From NCBI RefSeq assembly GCF_009914755.1, contig NC_060935.1: a stretch of 64,000 nucleotides of DNA. One strand, 5' to 3'. This DNA comes from the human T2T-CHM13v2.0 reference genome, Homo sapiens. Positions 19,346 through 34,699 of the stretch are shown piece by piece. Position numbers and translations under genes: made by a program. The notes under the pieces were generated by a model, which saw only the letters and a program-made list of their open reading frames with translations, ran no database searches and had not been told where the DNA came from. The first letter of the stretch is position 1. Each line of letters starts with the position of its first letter.

Positions 19346-19954
19346 AGTCAATGGAATATTGGAGTATACATGTCAAAATAAAGACCAGTATTACCCTTTA
19401 GGAATATTCTTGGTGCTCAAAATAATTTTCCAACAAATACAAAGTTCCCTAAACACCGTCCTCTGAGCCTCCTGTTTCAAGTTTATTCCCATTATGTCTG
19501 TCATAGCAAGGTTCAGCCCAAGTCCCAAATTCTTACTGCCCTGGAAAACTGAGACTATATTTATATTTTATATGCAAAAAAGGAGGCTCTGATACCTTGG
19601 CTTGGATAAAGGAACAATGGAAGACATTTAATTTTCTTTTGTTACTTTCCTCTGTTACTTTAAAAATAACTCCCTTATTATGGTTTTCCAGAATTTGAAG
19701 AAAGCATACATATTCACTCAACATGCCACAAAAATTTCATAGGTTTTGAGCATGTACCTGCCCAGATATTATCTTGCCATATTAAAGTCTGCTAATTTAA
19801 AAAATGTTTGTTCTTATTATATTTATCTTTTTCTCATTTTCCTTGGTATAGTAGATCTTTACAATGGAACATATGTTTGATATGTACTCTTTGAGATGTG
19901 ACTATGACTCTAGGTGATAATTACACAATCTTAAGGTTCACCTATTTAGAGTTT

Positions 19955-20350
19955 GGTTCACCGTTGACTGATGATTAAACATATTTATATGTAATATGAT
20001 GTGTCCATCACTGTTCTAAGTTTTGGGGATACAAAGATGAATAAAACAGGCAAGATTCACATTATATCTAGTGAAACAGATGATCAACAGGTTAAATAAG
20101 TACATGAGATATTATCAGACAGTGATAAACTCCATGGAGAAAATACAACAAGTTAATGGGATAGAGAATGATTAGAAGAAGAGGCCATGAAAAGCATCTT
20201 CTTTGAAGAGGTGACATTTGTGATGAACTCTGTAAATTAAGAAAAAAAATAGCTATGAAATTATGGAGAAAAGCAGTTCAAACAAAGGGGAAAGGGAATA
20301 GAACTTGTGAAGGACTTGAAGCTGGAAGAAAGCATGTCTGAAACAACAAG
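19955..20350 (-). mobile_element. L2 fragment
   Basis: cactgttctaagttttggggatacaaagatgaataaaacag...gaggtgacatttg. Confidence 0.7.
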
Positions 20351-20414
20351 CTACTAAAATTTGATTAGGCATATTTGATTATGAGGATTTTGAAAATCCT
20401 ATTGTCTTTATGAA

Positions 20415-21325
20415 GTGCTTCATTGCAGCACTGTCCACAATAGCCAAGATATGGAATCAATATAAAAAAGGCAGTTACCAGAGTCTGGAAACTGGGGAAG
20501 GATGGAGAAAAGGGAGATTTTGATCGAAGGGTATAAAGTTTCAGTTAGACTGGAAAAATAAGATTTAATGATCTATTGTACTATATGGTGACCACAATGA
20601 ACGATAATGTACCATGTATTTCAAAATTGCTAAACGAATAGATTTTAAACATCCTCACCACAAAAAAAAAATAAGTCGGTGAGATGATGGATATGTTAAC
20701 TAGCTTGATTTAATCTTTCTACTGTATACAATAGTCTTCCCTTTTTCATGTTTTGCTATCTGAGGTTTTGGTTACCCATAGGCAACTGAGGTCTGAAAAT
20801 ATGAAATAGAAAATTCCAGAAATAACTCAAAAGTTTTAAATTGCATGTTGTTCTGAGTAGCATGATGAAATTCCCCAAACCAGGATGTCAATCATCCCTT
20901 TGTCCAGCATATCCACACTGTACGTGCTACCTTCTTGTTAGTCACTTGTTAGTTGTCTCATGTATAAGATCAACTGTTGCTGTAGCCCAGTGCTTGTGTT
21001 CAAGTGACCCTTATTTTACTTAACAATGGCCTCCAAAGTGCGAGAGTTGCAAAGCTAGCATATTGTCGTAATTGTTCTGTTTTGCTATTAGTTATTGTTG
21101 TTAACCTTTTTTGTGCCTAATTTAAAATTAAACTTCATCATAGGTATATATGTATGAAAGAAACATAGCATAGCATATATAGGGTTCTGTCTATCCATGG
21201 TTTTGTGCATTCGCTGGGGGTCTTAAAATGTATCCCCTTTAGATAAGGGGGGATTACTGTACACATATCTCAAAAGACCATGATGTATCCCATAAATATA
21301 TGCAACTATTTATCAATAAAAAATT
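20415..21325 (+). mobile_element. L1MA 3' end split by a MER44 insertion
   Basis: aagggtataaagtttcagttagac...gagatgatggatatgttaactagcttgatt; the L1 sequence resumes at 21262. Confidence 0.75.
20729..21259 (+). mobile_element. MER44 (Tigger7-derived) DNA transposon
   Basis: Degenerate terminal inverted repeats caatagtcttccctt / gataaggggggattactg; TA duplication at 20727 and 21260. Confidence 0.85.
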
Positions 21326-21360
21326 AAAACACAGTAAGAATTAGAATTTCTTGAAACTAA

Positions 21361-21762
<402 letters not shown>

Positions 21763-21859
21763 TAACTATTGTTACAAGCCTTTCCTTAGAGTTTTGTATA
21801 GAAGAAACATAATACCATTGAGATTTAAACTTATATCAGATTCTTTGTCATCTTCTGGG

Positions 21860-22975
<1,116 letters not shown>

Positions 22976-23236
22976 ATTGCTTTAGAGGAAAGGTAAAATT
23001 ATAAATTTGGAGTTAAATGAATGATAGCAGTCTACACTTTTTGGAGTTTTAAGGTTTTGGGAGACCTTTTTTAAAAATGAGAATGATCTGTAGCAACTAA
23101 GTACATCAGGCACAGAGAATTAATGAAAGTCCAAATTCTGATACAATAAAGGCAAATCTAGCATTTGGATGGAAGAGTTTTACCATTGTCCCATGCCCAG
23201 GTGCCCCTTTCAGTCTCTCGGAGCCTTCAGAAGGAC

Positions 23237-24185
23237 TCAGGTGTCCCTTTGGTACTGAGCACTTTTTTCAAGGGCACCTTTGACATCCTTGTTCCTAAGG
23301 GTGTAAATCAAAGGGTTGAGTAATGGTGTGATAAAGGTGTAAACAAGGGCAAACTGGCGATCCTCATCTGCAGAGGAGCTGGACTGGGGATGCAAGTATG
23401 CCAAGGCACAGCAGCCATACTGCAGCAGGACCACGGTGAGGTGGGAGGAGCAGGTGGAGAAGGCCTGGTGGCGGCCCTCAGCAGAACGGATGCTCAGGAT
23501 GGCACAGGTGATGAACACGTAGGAGACGCAGATGAGCAAGAAGGGGACGGTCAGCACGAGGATGCTCACGACATAGAGGACAGCCTGGTGAACACGGATG
23601 GCAGCGCAGGCCAGGCGCAGGACGGGAGGTACATCGCAGAGGAAGTGGTTAATTTCCTGGCGGTAGCCGCAGAAGGGCAAGGTGAAGATTAAGGCGGTGA
23701 GCTGCAGGGAGAGGAAGAGGGCCAGGCCCACAGCGCCGCCCAGCATCTGCACGCACAGATTGCAGGTCATGATGAGGGGTAGTGCAAAGGGTGGCAGATG
23801 GCCACATAGCGGTCATAGGCCACGATCGCCAAGAGGAAACAGTCAGCACCACCAAGTGTGAGAAAGAAGAACATTTGGGCCCCACATCCAGCCAATGGAA
23901 TGGGCTTCTGGGCCCCAAAAATGTTGGAAAGCATCAAGGGCACCACAACGGTGGTGTAGCAGATCTCTACAAAGGACAGGTTGGACAAGAAGAAATACAT
24001 TGGGGTTCGGAGAACGCTGTATGTGCACACAACCCAGATGATGGCTGTGTTGCCACAGAGGATCATCAAGTAGAAGAGGAGGAAGAGAAGGAAGAGAAGA
24101 ACCTGAAATTCAGGGACTGTGGTGAACACACGGAACACAAACTCAGTGGGGCAGACTGGTTGAAGACAGGTTACCACGCAAGCAT
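23237..24185 (-). pseudogene. OR10Q2P: Olfactory receptor family 10 subfamily Q pseudogene (OR10Q1 paralogue)
   Basis: Two split ORFs carry OR motifs ([57 protein letters not shown]) and closely match OR10Q1 as I recall it. The ATG at 24185 is followed by TAA at codon 5 (24171-24173). There are 1-nt deletions near 24150 and near 23775. Confidence 0.9.
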
Positions 24186-24233
24186 GCCTTGTGCAAAAGC
24201 ACTGAGCCGTCCTTGGCTGAGTTGCCTTATTGC

Positions 24234-24258
24234 CTGAGTAAAATAAAGAGGGAGGACT
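24234..24258 (-). promoter_or_regulatory. Candidate splice acceptor of the OR10Q2P coding exon
   Basis: Minus strand cctccctctttattttactcag|G, about 50 nt before the ATG. Confidence 0.55.
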
Positions 24259-24300
24259 TTGTTTCTGAGGTGGGAATTACCTAATTGTCATTGAGATTCC

Positions 24301-24597
24301 TTTTTTTTTTTTTTTTGAGACAGGGTTTCACATTGTTACCCAGGCTGGAGTGCAGTGGCGTGATCACAGTTCACTGCAGCCTCTACTTCCCAAGCTCAGG
24401 TGATTCCCCCACCTCAGCCTCCTGAGTAGCTAGAACTACAGGCCCACTCCACTATTCCAGTTAATGTTTATATTTTTTGTAGAGATGGAGTCTTTCTTGC
24501 TTGCTCAGGTTGGTCTCAAACCCCTGGGCTCAAGCTATCCTCCAGCCTCAGCCTCCTGGAGTGCAGGGATTACAGGTATGAGTCACTGCACCCAACC
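24301..24597 (-). mobile_element. AluJ
   Basis: Diverged Alu dimer with poly(T), ~115 bp upstream of the OR10Q2P start codon. Confidence 0.9.
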
Positions 24598-24739
24598 TGA
24601 TACTCTAATTGTAGTTAAACATAGGTAATTATTTTCCTCCAAAATCTTCATGTGTATTTTCTTGAAGAGAAGGAAACAGATTTCTAAAGTGTTTCTACAT
24701 TACACTTTAAAATATGTTTACTTTAAAATATAAGTTTAA

Positions 24740-25050
24740 GATAGTAGAACAGTGGTTACTAGGGGAGAGAGGGAGAGGAAATAGGATAGGTAAGTCCAAA
24801 GGTATAAACTTGCAGCTGTGTAGGATGAATAAGTGCAGGATCTAATGCATATATAGCATGAGGATTATAGTTAATACTGTAGTATGCACTGAAAATTTGT
24901 GAAGAGAGTAGATTTTAGTTGCTCCTACCATAAAAAAGTGCCAACTATGTGAGGTGATGGATATGCTAATTTGCTTGAATATACTACATAATTCACTATG
25001 TATATGTATATCAAAATATCATGTTGTACACCTTAAATATACACAATAAA
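24740..25050 (+). mobile_element. L1MA 3' end
   Basis: gtagaacagtggttactagggg...aactatgtgaggtgatggatatgctaatt...ttgtacaccttaaatatacacaataaa. Confidence 0.8.
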
Positions 25051-25776
25051 ATATAAATGTAATAAACATAGATTTATGAGTTAGGTCTCTGTTTCTGCTA
25101 AAGTTTCATAATTGTATAACGGTAAACGTCTATAGATAAAATATTAGATGATTCAATCATTCTTATTAATCCCAGTGTTTTGGTCTTACAGAGGACTGGG
25201 AATACAACTTTATTGCAATTTTATTCTGACGTATGTTATTTATTTTTATTTATTGAAGTATTTTCTGTAAGACTTCAACTGTGTTTGGAAATCAAATAGA
25301 TTGACACGTAAAGGCATTTAGTTGCTTGATAGGCAGTCACAAGAGTGAAGCTAGCTGAAATAAGGAAAGATGATGAGGAAACTAAAAATTCCATAGCAGA
25401 AAAAAAAACTCTGCTTTCTAAAAAATTACTTTCAGGCAAATTTTTATCTAAAATATCTATTTTGTGGCATAAAAACCCAGGATGTGATGTTTTAAGAAAA
25501 ACGCATTCTGATCAATGAATCCTATGCTCAATAAAATTGTCGGAATTTTTTAGATTTGCCAATGCTCTGGAATTCTGTCCTTCATATCTATGCTGAAAAC
25601 AACTAAAAATTTTAGTTAGTTAAAAATATCAAAATTAAAAGTCAATATTGGGTATTTGTAATAGAAAAGTGGAGAGAATTAAAGCATAGTAAAACACAGT
25701 TATATCTATGTAATTATTTCAAATATTGTTTTATAAAGAGCAAAAATTTCAAGTATAGTTCTTGAAAAATGCATTA

Positions 25777-26001
<225 letters not shown>

Positions 26002-26689
26002 TCAACTGATTTTGAAAAGTATGAAAAGCGGGTAGGGGAGAAGATAGGTAATATTGTGCTAATTTCCTCAAACTGTTTAAGAAATGATTCAGTATAAACT
26101 ATAATATCACTTAGATGTGAATAATTGTAGAAAAGTTTATTCTACTTATATTCTTTACCTTTTAATATTAATTACTCTAATAGTAAGTACAAATAGAATG
26201 TACTTTTTCAAATATGCATTGTGTCTATCATCTATCTTTTCCCTCAAAATAAGAAAAAAATAAAAGAATGAAACTATTGTTCAAAAGAAAAAGAAGCAAA
26301 CAAAAATAGGTAAGAAATTATATAGAACAAAAATATTTTTTAAAAAGTTTTGGGAAGCAGAATAAAACATATCAATTATTACAATAAATGTTGATAGGCA
26401 TATATCTCCTATAAAAAGATGTTTAGATTGATTCAAGAAGCAAAAGAATGTTTTTAAGAAGCAAAAAATAGCACCATGGAAAACCTATTATTCTTTTATT
26501 CAATGTTTTTTCAGAAAGTTCTACAAAGTGAAATAAGCCATGTCCTCCAACCAATAAAGATGATAGATATCTGACTGTCCCTATGAAAACCTCAAGACAA
26601 CTAAGAAATTGTTAGAACTAATATGGAAATTCCTTAAGATGACCAATAATTAACTAATTTCCATTTAGTCACTTTGTTCTCTTTCCCTC

Positions 26690-27290
26690 TATGGAGATTC
26701 CATAGGACACCCAGTTCTAAGCAAGATTTCACTCCAGTACATCTGAACACTTCTACTCCCACCATTTGAGGTTTTTGCTTGTGAAGTCAACTGTGTTTGT
26801 TTCCAACTGTCAATAAACCAAGTACACTTAATATTGCAAAAGTTAATAGTGCATGAAACGTTGTATACACTATTGAACCATGAATGTGAAAGGATTCTTT
26901 CAATGGATATCAATGTAAATATTTTGAAATTATTTGATAAAAATGAATTGCAAACAAACAATAACTTACTGATGAATTAGCTAAGATGGGCAGAGCTACT
27001 ATATGTGTTTGAGGGAAAAGATCATAAAAATCTTGGATAATGTAGCATGCATTTTGTTTCACAAGAATCCTTAAAGACACTGATATTGCAAATTGTAGAC
27101 AATGATTTGGGAATGTGGTTCACATAAGAAAACTTCAGTTTGCAATAATCATCCCACACAAAACACATACACAAAAAGGCTTGATCATACATCAGAGGGT
27201 TAGGGGTAAAAATGTTCATTTATATGTTTTAAGTTAAATTTTTATAATGTATACATTTAAAAAATTAATTTCCTTGTAACTGACTTTTCA
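26690..27290 (+). mobile_element. Ancient Tigger-like (TcMar) transposase fragment
   Basis: Manual translation across frameshifts gives MDINVNILKLFDKNE...DELAKMGRATIC...IVDNDLGMWFT*E, resembling a CENP-B/Tigger HTH N-terminus. Confidence 0.5.
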
Positions 27291-27934
27291 ATTAATTGAT
27301 CAAGCACTGGCTGCTTTGGATAAAAGGGCTTTTACTATACGTAAAACACAATAGTTGTCTCCATATCGACAATAACTAGTTAGAAAATTATAATACCAAA
27401 AGTCATACAAATATAAAATATCAATAAATGTAACATGTAATAACTGACACAAATTTAAGGCAATTGTTAAAGCTTTTTGATGGTAAAACTTAATATTTTA
27501 AGAATATTATGTGTCTTCAAAATAACACACAATTTTGCTGAAAATCTGATAAGAATTTCAAGAGAATTTATGTATGTGTATGCACATGTACTTTATAATG
27601 TGATTTTAAAGTTTATTTGGAAGAATAATCAATTGAGAATAAGTAGATGTTAAATAAGAATATTTAGATATATTCTCATTTACATGCTAAATGAGAATAA
27701 GATGTTAAAGTAGATGTTAAAAACCATTAAAATGCTAAGAAAGATGTTTAAAAGAGAACAAAAGTGAAACTTGTACTAAAAATTAAAATATTGCATAAAT
27801 TATAATATTTCATAAATACATAATGTATTATAATTGCATCAGAAATGAAAAATAAGTGTAGGAATAGAGAGACAGTTCCATAAAACAAAAATACCCATGA
27901 ATATATGAGTCTTAAATACACAGTAAAGTCAAGA

Positions 27935-28155
27935 TAGCAAAACAGAGTGGTTCAGAGCTCTTTGCCATCAGACTACTTGTGTTCTAAGTAATCTTGGACA
28001 CTTTACATAAAATCTTTATACTTCAATTTTTCTCACCTATAATATGGGAATATTAAATGTACTTGCCAATAGGGTTTCTGTGATGATATGATGAAAACGA
28101 ATAAAAGGCACTTAAAGCTAGTGCCTATAAACATCCACTAAATGTCAGCTCTTAC
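27935..28155 (+). mobile_element. MIR
   Basis: cttcaattttctcacctataatatgggaatatta. Confidence 0.6.
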
Positions 28156-28860
28156 TGTTTTTCAAATAACCACAGCTTTGGAATAATGGGCTAATATTTG
28201 TTTTGACATCATTTTCCTGTTACTATAACTGAAGTTTATTTTGGATGATCAAAATTTATATTCTCAAAAAGAGAAATCATAAAGGTAATAGAAGACTTAT
28301 GTATAGTTAAGGACAAAACTAAGACCTCATTCCAGCAAGCTTAATTATTAGAAGGTGGAATCCACCTTGCAATCTTTGGTTCTTGGATTTTGCACTTTTA
28401 ATATATATCAATTGCTTTGCAATTTAGTCATAGACATTGCAAAAATATGCGCAGAAAAGACATATTAGTTGAACAATTCTGTTGCAGTGTCTGAAACAAA
28501 TACCCAAACTCTGTCTGGGTCTAAATTTGTAGGAGAGGGAGGCAATCTCCTATGAACTGAGAGTTGAGAAGCCTCCAAAAATATCTCCTGCCTCAGTATC
28601 CCTCTAAAGGCACTGGCACTGTGAAGGAATTTCTTGCTATGCATTCCAACAAGAAAACACGCAGGCTTTAAACTCTTCCCACCTGCGTTTAATCCTGACG
28701 CTGCCCCATGCCAGGTCTCTGGCTTTGTGAAATTTACTTAGTAAATAAAGCTTACAAAGCAGTTTTCTTAGCTATCTTGCAGAACTAGTGTGAATATTAG
28801 TAAAAAAAACCATATATGGAAAGTGCCCTGTGCTGTGCCCAGCTTTTCTTTCCCAAAACG

Positions 28861-29110
28861 TTTTTTTATTGTTATTATTATTATACTTTAAGTTTTAGGG
28901 TACATGTGCACAATGTGCAGGTTAGTTACATATGTATACATGTGCCATGCTGGTGTGCTGCACCCATTAACTCGTCATTTAGTATTAGGTATATCTCCTA
29001 ATGCTATCCCTCCCCACTCCCGCCACCCGACAACAGTCCCCAGAGTGTGATGTTCCCCTTCCTGTGTCCATGTGTTCTCATTGTTCAATTCCCATCTATG
29101 AGTGAGAACA
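28861..29110 (-). mobile_element. Short 5'-truncated young L1PA (PA2-4) 3' end
   Basis: tatactttaagttttagggtacatgtgcac...gagtgagaaca; apparent TSD gtttttt(t)attg. Confidence 0.9.
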
Positions 29111-29425
29111 TGTTTTTTATTGCAAAACACATGTAACATAAAATTTACCATCTTAATCATTTTAAGTGCAGTTCAGCAGTGTTAAGTACATTTATATTCT
29201 TGTGCAACCATCACCTCACTACCATCTGTCTCCAGAACTCTTTTCATCTTGCAAAACTGAATCTCTAAACTGTTAAACAACGACTACCATTTCTCCCTAT
29301 CCCCAGCCTCTGGCAATCACTGTTCTACTCTCTGTCTCTATAATTTTGACTATTTTGGGGTCCTCATATAAGTGAAATAATACAGTTTTTATCTTTTTGT
29401 GACTGACTTATTTCGCTTAGTATGT
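29111..29425 (-). mobile_element. L1MA/MB 3' end (host of the preceding insertion)
   Basis: aacataaaatttaccatcttaatcattttaagtg...cctcatataagtgaaataatacag. Confidence 0.8.
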
Positions 29426-29856
29426 TTAGCTTTTAATAGGGGCTCACCCCTTCCCACTCCCTTACCCTCTCCAATCACTTGAATACTATCTTATCTCCTT
29501 GAAATCATGGAAACTCCCTCAGCCTGACAACCTTTTCATTCTTTCATTTTCTTAGCTAATTTCTGCAGCTTGCAGCTCAGGATTCAGCTCAAAAATCAGT
29601 TATCTAGAAAGCAACCCTAATTCTCATTTTCCTCTCACCTTCAGGATAAGGTGTTCCTCCTATGAACTACTGCAGAACTGTGCATGTTTCTCAATTACAA
29701 GATGGTTAGCCCTGCATCAGGCTAATTGCTGACAAGTGAGCAAGCAGATAAGCAAGGAAGCTAGCTGGCCTTTATTGAGCATTTTACATGCTGAAATCAT
29801 ATTCTCAGCTCTGTGGGGGAATATGAAATAAAATTATATTAAAAAGAGTCTTTGTT

Positions 29857-30221
<365 letters not shown>

Positions 30222-30291
30222 TTAAGGTTTTTTAAATTATCTTTTTAGAAAAATAGATACAAAATACTCCTTCTCCCAAATACAACAATAC

Positions 30292-30336
<45 letters not shown>

Positions 30337-30395
30337 CAGATACATAGATGCATAGATAGACAGATAGACAGATGAATGGATAGATCCATAGATAA
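30292..30395. repeat. (GATA)n tetranucleotide STR with a degenerate extension
   Basis: About 10 perfect GATA units at 30292-30335. Confidence 0.95.
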
Positions 30396-30679
30396 ATAGA
30401 GTAACGCATAAAAACATAAGTAGGTACAAAGATGCATATATCCATAGTCAAGCACATTTGGGAAACACTAAAAATTGTATCTCTTTGTGATCCACAATGA
30501 TATTAGCATTAAAAGCCTCTGAGAATTATGTATTATACATGAGAAATATGTATAAATTTAACTCTTTTAAAAAAATTTATTTCTGTATGAAATGTTTTTT
30601 CACACAGTTCAACTAACATTTCATAAAAGCCTCTTTAGATGCTGTAAAAAGCATTTCAAATATAATAATAAGTTACATC

Positions 30680-30880
30680 GTGATATTTAGGCAGTATCTA
30701 AGCTAACTTTATGTGTTAATTCAGTTACACTTCACAGCAACACCATGGGACAGGCAATATTTTAATGCCTTTCTTGCAAATAAAGAGCTGAGGTCCCAAA
30801 AGATTAGGTAACTAGTCCGAGATCAAGCAGCTGGTCAGTGGTGGAGTTGAGATTTAAGCTGAAGCATATTGAATCTAGCA
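30680..30880 (-). mobile_element. MIR
   Basis: gagctgaggtcccaaaagattaggtaactagtccgagatcaagcagctggtcagtggtggag. Confidence 0.7.
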
Positions 30881-31020
30881 AATGAAGACCTGAGTTTGGG
30901 CTCTGTTGGGTAAGCCACAATCAAAGCTTCATTTTCTTCATCTGGGAAGTGTAGATACCCAATCCATTATGTTATTTGAGTTATTCAATTCTTTTTCAAC
31001 TGTGCTCCCTACAGTTGAAA

Positions 31021-31250
31021 GCAGGGATTGGCAAACTTTTGTTATAAAGGGCCAGATTGTAAAATTTTAGGCATCATGGGCCAAATCAGTTGTTTGAACA
31101 TAATTTGCCTGCCTCCCTTCCTCCCTCTCTTCTCTTCCTCCCTCCTGTCTCTCGTTTTTTCTTAAAAATGTAAAACACATTCTTTGTTAAATGGCTGTAA
31201 AAAGAAGGCTGGATTTTAACTTTAGGTCTAACTTGCCTACCCTTGCTATA
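31021..31250 (+). mobile_element. MER58A (hAT-Charlie)
   Basis: cagggattggcaaactttt...aaagggccagattgtaaaattttaggc...ttgcctacccttg. Confidence 0.75.
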
Positions 31251-31601
31251 AAGTATTAAACAGTATAAGTTAATATCAGTCAGGAAATAGAAGAGCCAAT
31301 TAGTTGTTAAACAGTAAAGCGTCTGAAGATGGTTCCTTACCTCTTTGCAATTCATTTCATTTCATCAGTCATCAAAGAAAATTTATACCAGCAAACTTTT
31401 TTTCAGAAATGCTAAAAGTTTCTGCCATAGATGATTAAGGGAACTCGTTCAGAATGCTTTCCTGCCCTATATATCATGTTCTTAAGGGACAAAATGCGAT
31501 AAGAATACATGGACTCTTGAAGTGTAAAATCTTCTAGAAATATTTTAACAAGTGAACAGAAGGTAATGACCTTGAAACATCTACATAGGAATGAGAAAGA
31601 C

Positions 31602-32612
<1,011 letters not shown>

Positions 32613-34053
32613 AAGAATACCACGCAGTTATCCTAAACCAGTCTCCTGCATGGGAAGACCAGGCTCTGTGTCTGCATTCTTCTTTTTACTCAGAGGCGAT
32701 TCTCTGATTCAGCCTGATTTATCCACATAATTTTGTGCCCTATATGATGTCTCTTTTAACTAATGAGTCTCCAAAGGGAAGAAATTTCCCTAGTGGCTTT
32801 TTTCAAGCCAAATCCAACTAAAATCATATTTCAGAGAAATTTCCTGGGTTAATAAACTGGAACAAAGTTATGGGCAACTCTTCATGTGACAATCACAGAC
32901 AACCACCATCTGGAGTCCATGGAGAGATCCCCTCCCTGTTATGTACTTTTGTATTAGGAGTCCTTGTTCTGATGGATATTATATTTATAATGTATTATTA
33001 TGTTCCTATTTATATTTATAATGTAAGGTCCCACAAAGCGTATGGCTTGGCTTAATTATTATTCATTTGTGTGCATTTGCTTTGCTGCCTTTGCCATGAG
33101 TAAGCGCATTATTTCTGGATACATCCCAACTAAGTAGTCATGGTACTTTCAGCTTCTATCACCAGCTTCTACCAGCTTCTATCAGTCAGATTATAAGTAT
33201 GTCTCTATTGCCTGTGGGGAACCTAGTTCCTGTCTCCTGTCCCTACTGGGCATGTTAAGTCCTCATTCTTGACTGGGATTGAAATCCTTATCTCCACTGA
33301 CTATTTCTGTTTTCAATATTCCATAGTCTTCTACATTTAGTCATCAGTAATCACTGTGGTTTCAATTCTATTTCTGGTTTTCAGGAATTTTAATATTATT
33401 TTTGACTCTGGTGGTTACATAAAGTTTAATTTTTTCCTGTTATTGGAACGTGTTTAGAGTAGAATTAGAAGGTTTCATGTACATTTATTTTATTTTCTCT
33501 ATAAAAGAAACTGATCCTAGAATTTGTCCTAATAAGAATACCACAAAATTAAGCATTTTCCCCAAATAACATTGAGAAGTCTAACATATGCTTAAGCCTC
33601 CTCTTTTCTAAGAATATATTTTCTCCATTTACTTTCCAATGAGGATCTCAACTAAAACTCTGCTACTCAAAAGGTAGCATAAGGATCAGTGTAATCCGGG
33701 AAATGTTTGTTGCTGGTTTCATAAAAGATATACATAAAAATTGAGAATAAGTTTCAAAACTTTTAGAGCCATTTGACATTGCCATACCACTGACCCAGCA
33801 ATCTTCCCTCTCATGTTGTTGAATATAGACCAGTTCTGGTGTGGCCACACTTCTGTGTGATGAATCTCATCCAGCATGAATGGTATAGTGGAATGAACCA
33901 TAGAACATGTTAACTTGTATGATATTTTAAGGTTAGCACGTCAAATGTAATCTAAAATAATACAAATATATGAGAAAATGAGAGCATTTTTTGCATGTGT
34001 GTATATAGCTTTTAATAAACAGCATTGAAAAATGCTATATATAGATAGATAGC

Positions 34054-34610
34054 ATTTTATTTTATTTTACTTTAAGTTCTGGGTTACATGTGCTGATCAT
34101 GTAGGTTTGTTACATAGGTATACATGTGCCATGCTGGTTTGCTGCACCTATCAACCTGTCATCTAGGTTTTAAGCTCTGCATGCATTAGGTATTTATCCT
34201 AATGCTCTCCTTCTCCTTTCCCTCAACCCTTCGACAGGCCCCAGTTTGTGATGTTCACCTCCCTGTGTCCAAGTGTTCTCATTGTTCAACTCCCACCTAT
34301 GAGTGAGAATATGAGGTGTTTGATTTTGTTCCTTGTGATAGTTTGCTGAGGATGATGGTTTCCAGCTTCATCCATGTCCCTTCAAAGGACATGAACTTAT
34401 TCTTTTTCTATGGCTGCATAGTATTCCATGGTGTATATGTGCCACATTTTCTTTGTCTAGTCTATCATTGATGGGCATTTGGGTTGGTTCCAAGTCTTTG
34501 CTATTGTAAATAGTGCTGCAATAAACATACGTGTGCATGTGTCTCAGAAATACCATTTGACCCAGCAATCCCATTACTAGGTACATATCCAAAGGAAAAT
34601 GAAAACATTT
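34054..34610 (-). mobile_element. Truncated L1PA8-like element with a short 5' inversion
   Basis: Antisense 3' end to 34544, then sense cagaaataccatttgacccagcaatcccattact. Confidence 0.85.
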
Positions 34611-34699
34611 AAAACAACTTTTTTAAGTGTTGCTTTTATAGTACTTAATTTTTAATAAAAAATTATAGCTAAATTAGAAAAACAAAGTCTATATACTTT

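Noticed and set aside
23390-24237. Plus-strand ORFs of 100 and 151 aa over OR10Q2P
   Set aside because: Antisense shadow frames of a GC-rich OR coding sequence.
30232-30457. Three overlapping ORFs with YLSI repeats
   Set aside because: Artefact of the (GATA)n microsatellite.
33151-33186. cagcttcta triplication (similar micro-duplications at ~46369 and ~53600)
   Set aside because: Short slippage duplications that are common and show no sign of function.
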